A stretch of 61,888 nt of DNA, the filler included, from Syncephalis fuscata S228 (Eukaryota; Fungi; Zoopagomycota), in assembly GCA_025786725.1 (NCBI GenBank). It is 5 parts of 5 records of this genome, joined end to end, with 100 filler letters (N's around TTAATTAATTAA, not from the genome) between each part and the next. Parts side by side here need not be neighbours in the genome. Positions count along the whole stretch, not along the records: positions 1 to 17,713 come from JAHLTZ010000192.1; 4 more parts are not named here. One strand, written 5' to 3'. The position numbers were made by a program, and so were the translations under genes. The stretch's first letter is position 1. Each line of letters starts with the position of its first letter. The notes under the pieces are model-generated. The model was not told where the DNA came from and did no database searches. It saw only the letters and a list, made by a program, of their open reading frames with translations. This document shows, in pieces, positions 1-12,482 of this stretch.

Positions 1-34
1 CTTTCCCTCTAAGGTATATACGCACAACATATGA

Positions 35-1336
35 CTACCATCGACGAGTACGGCCCGAGCCATCTTGCAAAGGCTGGCCAGTATTATTGTAGTCATATTG
101 ATGGCTTGTAGTTCCATTAGAAGATTCGCCAGGGCTCTCCATCAATACTGGCGACTCTTCAAAAAGTACCTCGTCGGTTGTGCGATAGCCGCCGCTTTGT
201 TGACTTGGTCGACGGGCATGGCCAAGCTTATAGCCGCGCTCATTTGGCGGTGACGCTGATGACGACAATGATGCGGCCGCGACCGCGTTTGTTGGAGCCA
301 TAGCTGAATTGTACTCACTAGGTGTACCGCGACCTTGGCCATACGCGCCAGCTTGAATTGAAGTGTCAAGGTTCGTACGACCGTGTGGACGATGTGGCCA
401 GCCGTAAGAACCAATCTCAATCGCGGTAATATGTGCCGAATCATTCTCGCGCAGCATAGATGATGTAGCACGGATCTGGCTATACCAAGTAATGTAGCAG
501 TAGACAAGACAGTTGATCATTCCTCGTGACGATGTCATTATACCGTGCATTAGATTAAGCGCATATGAACGCTCGCCATGAAAGGCAAAGGTATAAATGC
601 GATTAAGCGTTGCCGGCGTCCAAACCAGCAGAAATGCCAAAAGATATAAAGAAACATTTTTGCCGTAGGTGTAACGATAGCTATTCGCGCCATTTGAATC
701 ACCACCACGCGCTACTATGTGTGCCCTCTGCCAAATAAGTCGACCAACTGCGAGGTAGGTAACAAAGTTAAAGAGAAATACAATCCACAATGGGCCGTAG
801 AACAGTATTATTTGTGCAGTGGGCAGTCTGGGAGTGACCCAGCACCAAAGATCAGCATTACCGTAAATGCGTGTAGTTCCATCGACGTAAATAAAGATCG
901 GTACTATGGCCCAGATAAGTGGCGCTGCATAGCATATAATCAGATGACGTCGTTCGTACTTTTGAATATCGTCTACAGCTCGGCCACGATACATGATCCA
1001 TATCAGGTTGATGGATATCATGCCCGTCCATAGAATAGATGAGATATCGCCCCATTGCATACCAGCCGCCTGCAGTTGGCAAAATGGATTGTTAGTGCCG
1101 GATATCGGTCCTAGTTGGCCAAATGCCATGCTAATGGAGGCAACAAAATCGGATATAGCCATGAAAAAGACGATCCGCGCAATGGCTGTCCGCATATGCT
1201 TCCAGTATAGATATGCGCAACAAGTGGCAATAGCGCCAAGAGCGCCAATCCCCGCGCTAATACCTGTCACAATCTCAAGCGTTAATATTTGTGAATGCGA
1301 GAATGAAGGCGGACCAATATCGTCAATCTCATCCAT
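35..1336 (-). CDS. 7-TM G-protein-coupled receptor, cAMP-receptor-like (Dicty_CAR/CRL class), intronless
   Basis: Seven hydrophobic segments; motifs RIVFFMAISDF, FCQLQA..MQWGDISSILWTGMISINL, YGNADLWCW, FYGPLW, YLLAFLLVWTPATLNR, SRGMINCLVY; long Ser/Gly-rich C-tail. Start placed at the ATG of MDEIDD (1336) rather than the ORF-track alternative start. Confidence 0.9.
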   Translation of the reverse strand: MDEIDDIGPPSFSHSQILTLEIVTGISAGIGALGAIATCCAYLYWKHMRTAIARIVFFMAISDFVASISMAFGQLGPISGTNNPFCQLQAAGMQWGDISSILWTGMISINLIWIMYRGRAVDDIQKYERRHLIICYAAPLIWAIVPIFIYVDGTTRIYGNADLWCWVTPRLPTAQIILFYGPLWIVFLFNFVTYLAVGRLIWQRAHIVARGGDSNGANSYRYTYGKNVSLYLLAFLLVWTPATLNRIYTFAFHGERSYALNLMHGIMTSSRGMINCLVYCYITWYSQIRATSSMLRENDSAHITAIEIGSYGWPHRPHGRTNLDTSIQAGAYGQGRGTPSEYNSAMAPTNAVAAASLSSSASPPNERGYKLGHARRPSQQSGGYRTTDEVLFEESPVLMESPGESSNGTTSHQYDYNNTGQPLQDGSGRTRRW

Positions 1337-1643
1337 TATGTTAAATAATACAAAGAGATTGCTAGGCGGACAGGTAAACGAATAGATGAGTAAGCAAGCG
1401 GATAAACAAGTAGCTACACAAGTGCTGTAAGGGAAAATAGTTCTACTAATCGCCGATAGACACGCACTCTTGTTTAATCCCTTTTTGGCGCAGCTAATTA
1501 CCAACCAAGGCTTACAGAATAATAGTCTATCACCTATTCTTTACTGATCAAGAGCGTTAAACAAGCAAAGGACGTCAATTGAATAAAACTAAGCAGGTGT
1601 ATTCTTGATCGTCAAAGAATAATAATGATAATAATAAATTGAT

Positions 1644-1644
<1 letters not shown>

Positions 1645-1678
<34 letters not shown>
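1645..1678. repeat. (GT)17 microsatellite
   Basis: Perfect GT dinucleotide run. Confidence 0.95.
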
Positions 1679-1679
<1 letters not shown>

Positions 1680-2802
1680 AAGTATGTGAATAAATGTAAA
1701 ATTGTGTGTGGGGTGTGTGACCGTCGGTGAAAAAAGGTTGTAAAAAGTAACAAGATTCAAAAACAACAGCCTACAAGTTACAAATGATTAAAGCAGCGAT
1801 AGAGATGAAGAAAAAAAGAGAAAGTAGTAGCAACACTTAAAAGCTTAATGGTATGATTAAGAAAGCCAGAGCTGTATGTGCTTGCTTAACCTGTTGTTGT
1901 TATACGCACGGAGATTGCCAAACGTCGTTAGCAAGACCGCGTGCAGCTGACCACTCCCACACAGCTATGCAACTTGAGCGTGTGTACGGAAGTAGCAAGT
2001 TGATACGTCAAATATGAAGGAGTCAGCCACGATAAGGAATCGACAGGTGCAGGAAAGCAGGTTAGAAGTAGCAGAAGAAATGCTGAAAAATTTCAAAGGC
2101 GTTAATAGTAGACGACTACTACTCGTGGGTCCTGTATAATTAATACGAGATATTCATTAACCAAAGAGAGAAAAGATCGTCAATAATACGTCAGCAGATG
2201 TAGATGGATATAGTGATCGGTTGTGATAAAGTAAATAGTAGTGTAAGTAGTGATTGATAATAAACGTTATATCGTAAAAGATAAAATGTAGTCAATGTGT
2301 TGTTAGTGAGCCCATAGTATATTTTCTAAAACAAGGGCCATTTTATTATTTTAAAATATGCAGATAGGAAGAGAATGGTTGACGGAGTATATAATAAATG
2401 ATAGACCCGTATGCCCATGCTGTTGCCATTTCATTGGCGTACATACATTTTTAGTAGTCATCCTCTTTACAATTAGTGTGTGAGTATCTGGGACCAAACA
2501 AGTAGTAACCCATTGCTATTGCCAAAGATGGACCTCGTGTTTGATGCTACTAAATGTAGTAAACCTCATTTCGGTGTTATGGTAGCTGAAATTCTGTAGA
2601 GAGACCATCGCCACCTTTCCTCTCTATCAAGTACTCACTGCCATCTATTTTGTACCAATTGTAACAAAAATGCTTCCTTGTATTGTTTACCTCCTTATTT
2701 GGCAATTATAATTTATGTATTGATACACTGATTACGGTATACAAATCATCACCACACTCTACTATCTCTTTTATTTGTTTGTTTTAACAAATCAATATCA
2801 CC

Positions 2803-3012
2803 ATGAAGCTTTCTATTGTCGTCATTTGCACCGCTGTTGTGGCTTTGATAGCCGCTACAGCCATGGTGGATGCTAAACCAGCCTTGTGTTGTGGCAAGGA
2901 TCCTGCTAAATTATGCGATAAATGCATTGACAAATGTCACAAAAATTATCCTTATCCTAGTCTGGCCACTAGATATTGTCTTGGATATTGTCGCAAAGAA
3001 TGCGATACATAA
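2803..3012 (+). CDS. Small secreted cysteine-rich peptide (69 aa, 8 Cys in the mature part)
   Basis: Good start context (CACCATGA); signal peptide MKLSIVVICTAVVALIAATAMVDA; mature part CC-x7-C-x2-C-x3-C-x13-C-x3-C-x3-C. Confidence 0.85.
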   Translation: MKLSIVVICTAVVALIAATAMVDAKPALCCGKDPAKLCDKCIDKCHKNYPYPSLATRYCLGYCRKECDT

Positions 3013-3514
3013 TCAATGGTTTCAAGACATCAGCATTAGTAGTGCAATTGAACCACTATTCCAATACACTTTAGGTATATATATTCGGTGAAAATCAAGA
3101 CCATTTGACAACTGCGCCGTCTAGTCTATTTATATATCAAGTCTTGGCCAATGCTCCGGTTGATCCAGTCTTTAATAAACGGAATCATTATTTTACCAAC
3201 AATTTTGCGCCTAATTGTTTTTATTACCTGTGCAAGCTTATAGTAATAAACTTATGGCTCCATCTTAAAAAAGATTACTATATACAGCTGCCATACAATT
3301 GGAAATAACATATTGTGGTACATCTATTAATATTCACATTTTTATTTTTATCTGATAGCTTTAGCACTGATAACAGAAACTATCCAGATATAGAAGAAAC
3401 AAACATTTACAAACCAATAAACGTGTTCATTTACAATCATTTTTATTCATACAATTTGTTGTGCTGCGTATCATTACTGATAACCACCACAGCTGTCTCC
3501 GTTGTTTTAATTAT

Positions 3515-3650
3515 ACCAATCATACTCTGCTGTTCACTCGTTTGTTTCAGCAATCAGCACTACTATGCAGCTTTATATTGGTGTGGCTTTTGTGGTCAAT
3601 ACAGCCATGATGGATGCTATGCCAGCTCTGATCCGTCGTGTTGATGCAAT
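3515..3650 (+). pseudogene. Relic paralogue of the 5' UTR and signal peptide of the 2803 peptide gene
   Basis: ATG at 3565 gives MQLYIGVAFVVNTAMMDAMPAL versus MKLSIVVICTAVVALIAATAMVDAKPAL; DNA tacagccatgatggatgctatgccagc versus tacagccatggtggatgctaaaccagc; the upstream tttgttt..caatca..cac context is also shared; the Cys-rich part is absent. Confidence 0.6.
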
Positions 3651-3960
3651 ATTGGATAATAGAACGCCACTAATTGATAAACTTAGCTTGAGAAAAAAAC
3701 TTAAGATCGAAAATGAGAAAGATTAAGGTCAATGAAGAAATCCGGATCAAGGCGATTAAAATCATTAGCAACAAAAAAGCCACAAACCTTCAAAATCACC
3801 TTGAAAAACTTGGAAATTTTATATGTTTACAAAAAAGAACCTTTTAAACCGTATTGAAGAAAATGAAGAAAGCAGAAAAAAATCTAGGTATGATAGAAAT
3901 AGCAACAAACTTGTCAAAGATATAAAAACTTGGTCTATTCGACTGAATAACTATGAGAGA
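3650..3960 (+). mobile_element. Possible decayed 3' fragment of a non-LTR retrotransposon
   Basis: Abrupt switch to very A-rich, Lys/Glu-rich coding-like sequence with stops and frameshifts (..LQNHLEKLGNFICLQKRT..KKAEKNLG..) exactly where the paralogue similarity ends. Confidence 0.3.
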
Positions 3961-4106
3961 GTGCACGTGATAATTATTATGAATTTATAAGAAACTGTCT
4001 TGATACATTGTATTAATAACAATAATACTAGCACTATTGAATAATAGAATGGAATATGTTATAATCTTTGGTATATCAAATGAATAGTTGTAGCCTATTT
4101 GCTTTA

Positions 4107-5012
4107 TTACAAGTCATCAATAAGATTATTTGCTAAACTACAGGTAAGGCCGGTAGCATCGGGCTAGAAATAGCAAGATATAGAATGAGTAGTTGGATCA
4201 ATAAGCCGCATGTTCTACTTACCTCAATGTTGAGTTTAATAATTTTACCATGCTAAAACAATTCAAGTTAGGAAATTATCAATAAACACCATTCTACCTA
4301 CCTCCAATACCATGGCAAATCGTTTGGATCTAATACCTCCCAATGCTCCTAGAATGATAAATTAGCAGATGTAGACAGGCATGCCTACTCATTGTATTAA
4401 CCTGAAGCATCAAAAGAAAGACCAAGCTTGCTAACCAGCTCTGCTTGTGGATCAGCAAGTAGTGTTACCTAATAATTTTTACAAAATGTAAATATTATTG
4501 TTGTTTATATTATAACGTATTATTACATATTATTTACAAGTTAAACTATTCATACCTTTTCACCGGTTCCCAATTGATCTGCCCAAGCCTGTGTGACAAA
4601 AGCATCATTGACAGTGACGCATGCCACTTTCTCAATGCCTTTGTTCTTTAGTTCGTCATATGCCTTGATATAAGACGGCAAATGAGTCTAGAATGTATAA
4701 TGGTTAGATAAAACATAACTATATTAATTCAATGCCATGTCAATAGCTATTTTTAAAGTCATCGCTATAATGATATGTTACCTTGGAACAACCGGGTGTA
4801 AATGCACCAGGTACACCAATAAGTATGGCACGTCGATAGGGCTTAAAAAAGGCGAGCGCGTCGACGGCGTCACTAGGTCCTTTGCGACCATGTAGCCGAA
4901 TGCTCGGCAGTGTATCGCCCGGCGCCACTGTCCATGAAACGCGTGAAGCATGAAATGCCCGCCGTCCTATCGCGCTGGCCATCATCATCGTTGATGTTGA
5001 CACTGTTATCAT
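4107..5012 (-). CDS. Peroxiredoxin Prx5/Ahp1/Pmp20 family with a likely mitochondrial presequence; multi-exon
   Basis: GVPGAFTPGCSK-THLPSY, VACVTVNDAFVTQAWA, LLADP, RSKRFAMVLE, PDATGLTCSLANNLIDDL*; N-terminus RRAFHAS resembles a targeting peptide. Confidence 0.93.
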
Positions 5013-6278
5013 GCCCGTCAAACTCTTGGTCGTCTATTCAAGTTGAAACACGGTCCGTCAAGGCGAGAATAATGTACATTGTTAAAAGATTGAACAGAAT
5101 GCACCATTGATGTATATGATGCACATCAATCCATTACTTACGGGTCGAATCATAGTTTTATATGATGTTAAACGATGTGTTATCAATAGATAGACGATGC
5201 TATAATACGCCTTATTGTTATGCTTAAAACACCCACGTATATACGCAGTATACAATAATGGCAACAACAACACGTATAGGCAGTGTGCGGAGATGGAATG
5301 GAAAAAGAAAGGCCAATCGTTAAAATAGGCTGTAAAGTGTTTTATTGATTGCACGTTCGTCCTCTCGCCTTAATCCACGTCATCTTAAAAGAGTAGACTT
5401 CAATGCATGTCCTACACTGCTGTACAACCAAGAATAGATGGAGCCTTTCAAATATAGCAGTTAACATTGGTTTAATACTTGCCATTACTAATATAGGTAA
5501 AACCGAGCCATAGACCCCTATACTGTTTCCACTCAATTGCTATTTATCATTGGTATAGACTGTATCTGTATCTTATTACTTTTGCGTCAAAACATCATAA
5601 TACGATGATACAACGGTACAATGATGTTGATGCAGATACTGCAGCTACTATTGCCGCTAATGGTAGTAATAAAGTTTATACTAGAGGGCTCCATCCAAGA
5701 ATAGACTTTGACATATTGCTTGGCAGTAGCATCCATGGGTACTTCAAACATAGTTACATTAAAGACTCCGAGGTGTTTTATTTATAAGTAATGCTAGACT
5801 ATTCTGCACTCAATATGCGGGTCTATCTTCTAGATGCTTGAGAATACATAGCTTATCTCTTCCAGCTTCACTTATTCGCTCACTTCCATTCACACGCACT
5901 CACCTTTCTCGCCTTTCTTCACTTACTCCTCTCCACTAAGACTTAAATTGTGTCCTACCATCACGCACTAGCACATCACACCATCGCATTATCATCATAG
6001 GGAAAGTTCATGTGGTCGATTTACAAACACGCACACAGGCACTCACTTTCTTGCACTCCACAAACTTGAACTTATTCATCTCGTCTTTTTTGTTATTCGG
6101 CTGGCTGAAGCTTGCTTTTTCGCATTTCTCATTACTTGCGTTCGATTATCCTTCTATCTACATTCATTATATTTAGTAGACATTCCATAGTTATTATTCG
6201 ACCAGTTTAATATTGGGTTGACCGAGACGGCACCTACTTCAATAGTGCAATTCTCTTCTAATAATTGTAACAAGCGCC

Positions 6279-8702
6279 ATGGCACTATCGAAAAAGCAAG
6301 ATGAGCACCATCTAAAGTAATTGCTATTGAATATATAAAGAATTGCTATACTAAACTATGCTATTAGAGTGCTACGAGAGCTGTTGAAACTACCGGAGAA
6401 TCGTCAATGTTTCGACTGTCCACAACGTGTAAGTGTGCTCAAGACGGAACAAAGACAAGGTGAATCGTTTGTTAACAGTGTACTTTATTAGGGACCTATC
6501 TATGCCAATATGCTTAATAATACCTTTGTATGCGAGCAATGTTCGGGTTTACAGTAAGTAGGAGGGGGACAGTTTATGTTAAATTAGACCGGTTTAATTG
6601 ATGTTTGTATCACATTAGTCGAGAATTGACTCATCGAATTAAATCCATTTCTGCATCACGATTTACGTTTCAAGAAATTCAAGCGTTACGCAATGGTGGA
6701 AATCAGGTATGATAGCGACAATGGCTATTTAATGCTTTAGTGTGTGTGTGTGTGTTTATTGATTGTGTTTATAATAAATAGAAAGCAGCAGCTATTTGGA
6801 TGGCTAAATGGGATGACAAAAAGGACCGTGTACCGGCTGTAAGTGATGCCATTCTTATGCGAAAGTATCTACGGCATAAATACGTGGAACGACGATGGAT
6901 ATCAGATGCACATGAACATTTGTATGAGCCAGCACCTACTGCTCGCTTTTTGGAAAAGACATCTTCATCGTCGTCATCTTTAACTAAATATTATTCTAAA
7001 GATGATGTTGCTATGCGTCGGATTGGATCTAATCCAAGCGATCTTTCAATTGGCAAACTGGCATCTAGTCCACCCAGTAGCCATGGCAATGTAAGCGATT
7101 CAGGCTCACGAGCCATTGCTATTCGCCAACCTGGCACGCCAACTAGTAAAAATGGGCCATTAAAGAAGATTGGTATTATTAACGTAAATAGTCCACATTC
7201 AGTTACGGTATTTGATCGCTATAATCCAGTAGAGCCAAATAAAGTGGATCAACAACGAGAACGTAGCCATTCCAATGCATCTACTCGGCAATCAGGCTAT
7301 AGTGGTAGCAGTCTAGTGGATGATGATGATGATGATGTTAGATACAGATCGGCAGGCGGAAAAGGTCAACGGCCCACTGATTTGACTGTAGTAACACGGC
7401 AATACTTGCGAGACACACGGCCAGCCAATACAGCATCTAATTTACCTGAAAATGATCGTGATGGTCTAGCACGTCGTGGTGGTCGGAAAGAACTTGAATA
7501 CAATGGCTATGGTCTAGAGTATAGCGACGAACCAGTCGATGAGTTTTTTGAGATTATGCGTGAACGTGTATCGGGTACACAAAGACCATCCTCGGAAGCC
7601 TCATCGATTCGTAGTGGTGGCAATAATGGCAATAGTCTAAATAATCCCTTTTCAAAACGATCACAAGGTAAGTAATAGCAATAATAATAATAATAATAAC
7701 AGTATATATATATAACTATATCGCTGATACTATATAGGCTATGATGGATCAAACCTACCATCCGCTTCTAGTAGTGATACTTATCCATCCACAGCGATAC
7801 CTACACCAGATGGTCAACTTATTACATTTGCTGAGTCCCCTCGATCAAATCGACCGGAATTGGTTAGAAATATGAATGCGGCATCAGTCCATTCAAAATC
7901 ATCACTTGACAGTCTACACACTCAAGTTGTTCGACCCAATATTGCCGCATTACAAAATAGTAATGCAGCATTTCAACGATCTGCATCAATGCCTGTTGTA
8001 CCACAAATTGCTTTTAATAATGCGAATATCAATAATGGACAACATTCACCATCTTTCTATCCATCTAATAACTGCCCTCCGGTCAATACAATGACACCGA
8101 ATGACTTGTCATCTATTGGTCAACACGGTCTTCAGCCATTGACGATTATGACCTCAGGTGCTAATCCTCATGGTATGAGACCGGGCATGGCTGGTAATTC
8201 ATGGCATGGTTCACTATCAACAATGGGCGGGCCCATTAATGGTAGTAACAATCCATTTATATCCGTATCGCCGGTAAGCAACTCAAGATTTAATATGGCT
8301 TCAGCACCGGTGACACCTACACTCGACTACAATACAAATGGCAATCCTAATGTTACCAATAGTATATATGGCTATCCGCAACTCTCACCTCAGACAGTAC
8401 AGTCACATACCCAGCCAGCATCTCCTATTGCTTATCCACCACGGGCAGCTACTCTACCATATGCCAGTGGTAATGGTGGCGGTGCTAATAGTAACACAAC
8501 ACCTACAAATGCTGGTCAACCTAACAATAACCCATTTATATTTAGTAAGTAGTTTATTAATATTATTACCAGCGTTGTCTAACTAGCTATTATAGATCAT
8601 ATGCGAGACGCACTATCAGGCCCAACGATACCTTCAAATGATTCTAAAATATACGCCGCTTCACCATCATCTCAACCTATTTATGGTCAGCCATGGTCGT
8701 AA
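6279..8702 (+). CDS. ArfGAP-domain protein with NPF motifs (AGFG1/HRB/Gts1-like); multi-exon
   Basis: Spliced N-terminus LLKLPENRQCFDC..GPIYANMLNNTFVCEQCSGL.RELTHRIKSISASRFT..GGN = CxxC-x16-CxxC-x4-R zinc finger; KYVERRW; three NNPF motifs in the disordered tail. Confidence 0.92.
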
Positions 8703-8931
8703 TTCTTTCTGTTTTCTTGTATGCCTCTTATCACTAGCCTATATATATACACACACATAACAATACCAATAATAATGCTAACAATATCATTTATATTTAT
8801 ATACTAAAGTTAAAATTTATTCTAATGATGAAAACAGTGCTTTAATGAATAGAAGGATAAATAGTATGTATTTTATCGCTCTAGATTCATTACTATTGTT
8901 GTTGTTGTTGTTTTTATTGCTGTTATTGTTA

Positions 8932-10008
8932 TTATACTGAAGAAATAGACTCGTTTAGTGCAGGCTTTTTACCATAATGACAGTAAAAGTCGCAGCAATA
9001 TTGATTCATATTGGCCTCCTCTCGAAGTGCTTCAATAAGTACACGGATATCATCGAGTGTAATGTTATTGACTGCGGCAAGATGTGGCAGTATTCCACCG
9101 AGAGCATGGTAATAATTAGCCCATGCAAATTTGCCCAACTGTCCTCCCCATTCGCCTACGGGTATTTGATAGACTTCACATTGAACTTCGTCAAGCCCGG
9201 CTTCTGTCATCAAATGACCAAGTTCATCGTTGATTTGAACATGAATGCCGCGCGCTTTTGCAAATGTCTCGACTAGTTTGTGGACTTGTTGACCGACAGG
9301 GCCTGAATTCGTAAAAAGAATATTTAGTTCACTGATTTCGACCCATCCACCTGGTGCAGTAACTCGGGCACAATCAGCAACGTAGCTCTTCCATTTTGAC
9401 TGGGGGATGGCCATTGCTAATTGACGATGGTGTACAAAGTCGAAACTATTATTAGAAAATGGGATTTGTGCTATTAATATAATAGTCAATAATATTAGAT
9501 ATTGCTAACCAATAAGCGGGGCGGTTGTAACTTACGATCAATGATATTGGCCAATTCAAACTGGCAATTATCTGGTAGAGTCACTTCTGGGGAAAGTGGT
9601 AAAATATCAACACTCATCAAATTACTATTTGAAAACTGTGAGGCCATTTTCTAATTATGGATATCAGGATATCAGGATAACAGGAATCACAGTGGGATTA
9701 GAACAATGAAATACACCAATAGAACAGTCTATTAACCACCTACCAGCATCCAGCTACAATTACCAGATCCAAGATCTAGTATAGATTGCGGATACCTTAT
9801 GGGTGCTGTGTATAACGAACCAGTTGCCATATCAAATAAAATATCTTGTAGCACTTGTCTAATGCTATTGTTAGCTACTTTCCATCTTGATTACAGCACT
9901 TTACCTGTCCATTTCTTTGAAATCGACTGGCAATGCATAGGGCGCGTTATGGGTATTTATGTAGCGTCTACCGCTAACATATGTATATTCGACTAATGAA
10001 TCCCGCAT
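8932..10008 (-). CDS. SAM-dependent methyltransferase, LaeA-like family; multi-exon
   Basis: GRRY..YALPVDFKEMDR, LDLGSGNCSWM (motif I), SVDI, IPFSNNSFDFVHHRQL, PGGWVEISE, IPVGEWGGQLG. Confidence 0.9.
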
Positions 10009-10505
10009 TATTGATGCTTAAACAACGAATAACAGTAATATATGTTACTAGAATGCTATAAATAACTAAAATGCTTGATTTGATGAGTTGCACTGAAAAT
10101 GATTTAAATGGTAGAACGAGACACAGCAACACAATATAAGATGTTTGACGACTAGAACAAGAAGGGAAAAGGTTTTATAACCAGGTCTAGAATGCTGCCT
10201 GTTTGCTATTAAACAGGCATCTGTTGAGGTGGCTTCTCTTCATTCAAGTCATTAGGATAAGCCGTTTATGCTTCATACCGGTTCTTGCTTTCATCCACAT
10301 GTACGCATGCCCATTAAACGAGTCGGCACAAGTACTACCATAACAGCTAAAACTCTCCTTGCCTCATGCAGCTTTAGCTGTTATGTTCGTATCGTTGCAT
10401 GTCCCATTAGTAAACAGTCAGTAGATACTGGCAAATCTGAAACGACGTAGCATTGTAGTTAGTTTAGGGCACCACATATTAGCGAGAATACCAACAAGTC
10501 TTTAT

Positions 10506-12322
10506 TCAATCTGATACATTTTTAACATCATTAAGGCAAAAGTCTTTATAAGCTGTAGGACAAACAATCCAATCTTTAAATGAGTCAGTGGTAATTAATA
10601 GGCCTTTCACGTCCTGGTAAGCTGTTGCTTTCGTCTTGGCTTGTAAATAGGTTTCATTTGGACTGTTATTAAACAATGTAAGTATGTTTAAAGTTTTTAC
10701 CAATACTCATTGTAACCTACTTATCTAAAGGCACTATGGCGGTAAATGCCCGATAAAGCTGCTCTTTGCAAATGAGTGATCTATTTTTAGTAAAAGCACG
10801 AAAATCAATTTACATAGACAATAGCACATTAGCAATGACGACATTACCGACTAGTAACGGAAAATTGTCCCATTTTATCGCGTGTAGCACCTTGCTTACG
10901 ACCTTTAGCAAGAACTTCGGGTCGTACCATGCCTGCACACCAACCAATCGCTAGTCAATCTGCAGTTAGCCGGACAATAGCAGTATGCAGTCCATTACCG
11001 ATAATTACCATTAGCAGAGGAGAGTCGCTGCAAAGTTGGATATCGTACGGTCACCGCCGACTGACTCCATTCAAATGCTGTGTCACAGCTATGGCGCTGT
11101 AGCTGTGTATTCACTTGATAGCCAACCTTTCTTGCTCGATCATTCACTACGGATAGACAAGGATGAGTGGTTGGTTAGAATAGGTGGGTTGATGGTTTAC
11201 GTTCGATAGAGGCAACGCGGTCTGTTAGTGCACGTTCCAATGCTCCCGAGTCAAATAGATCTCCGACAATAAGTGAAGTAAGATAGATGGGGGCTATTAC
11301 GCGAGAGAGTAATGCGCCTTGTAGACCAAGTACTTGCCAACGAGCAATCTTATCACTAATCAGCAGCATTTGGATGTTAATACCAATAAAGGTTGTACAA
11401 ACAACTATTTAGAAGGTAGTTACCTACAAGACATGCATAGTGTCGGTTCAGCATCCACCCGACCAGGCTTTGTGCGTAACACGCCCAACTGTTCATATCC
11501 ATACCGGCCTCGTTGTAAATTTGATGTAGTTGGTGTATTTATTAATTCATTATTACTATTATTATTGGTATCATCAATTCGACGACGTTTACCAGTTTCA
11601 AATGCCAATTGACTATCATTTGTTTGTATTGCGGCTAATGCTTCCATTGATGCATCCCACCTAATGATGTTTATTATTTAATTATGAATTATTTGCATAT
11701 CATTATAATACTTACATGGTGCTTGACTGATATACATATGAAATGTAGTATTTAGAGGATCTACCAGTGTAAATGACGGTACATTGTTATCATCTTTAAT
11801 CTCGTTCTGTTTAAATAAAGATGGCTTTTGTTCAATAGTCTTTTTAATCTCGTCTAGTAAATAGCTAATATGCATATACATCTACAGTTAAATAAAACAA
11901 TATTATAAACGCTCTTCTAGTAAACTTACCGTACAAAATAACGACGTGCCATAATCTCTGCATGTCCATCAAACACAACACTGCCATCCACTGGTAACTG
12001 ACTCTCTGCCAAGCATTTTAAGCCAGTTCTATATTAGTAGCAGTAGTTAGTCGACGGATACTCGTTCTGTTATATAGTATCGACTTTACCCAAGAGCAAC
12101 ACATGTTATATTAGTATCCGGGCTAGGCTGACAACGATCACGACGACATACAACTATTCCGGCTAATACCGTCCACTCCACCTTTTGTCCGCGTACTACT
12201 GGTTTACCCGATTTCGGCAATTGTTTCCAGCGATTCAATACTGTGTCAGCCACTTGCTGGGCAAACGGTGTGGACTCGATAGTCGCACTGGTGACGGTGC
12301 GTTTTTTATTTTCTTTTTCCAT
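10506..12322 (-). CDS. TAD1: tRNA-specific adenosine deaminase 1 (A37, ADAT1/Tad1); multi-exon
   Basis: [81 protein letters not shown]; no dsRNA-binding domain seen. Confidence 0.93.
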
Positions 12323-12482
12323 TAAATTGACGAAAGAAAAGTAATGTGGCCTCGCTCTATGAATCCACAAGTTATTAAACGTGGCTTATGGCCACTTGTC
12401 AAACCAGACGGTAAGAAGCGACAGCTAATAGTAATAATAACGATAATAGCCATCGATAATAGTAGTTAAATGCAAGTCTTTA

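Noticed and set aside
1337-1504. 56-aa N-terminal extension of the GPCR in the ORF track
   Set aside because: It starts at a non-ATG codon; the first ATG (1336) gives a normal short N-terminus before TM1.
10506-12322. Deaminase as an mRNA-editing ADAR
   Set aside because: No dsRNA-binding domains; size and motifs fit tRNA-specific Tad1/ADAT1.
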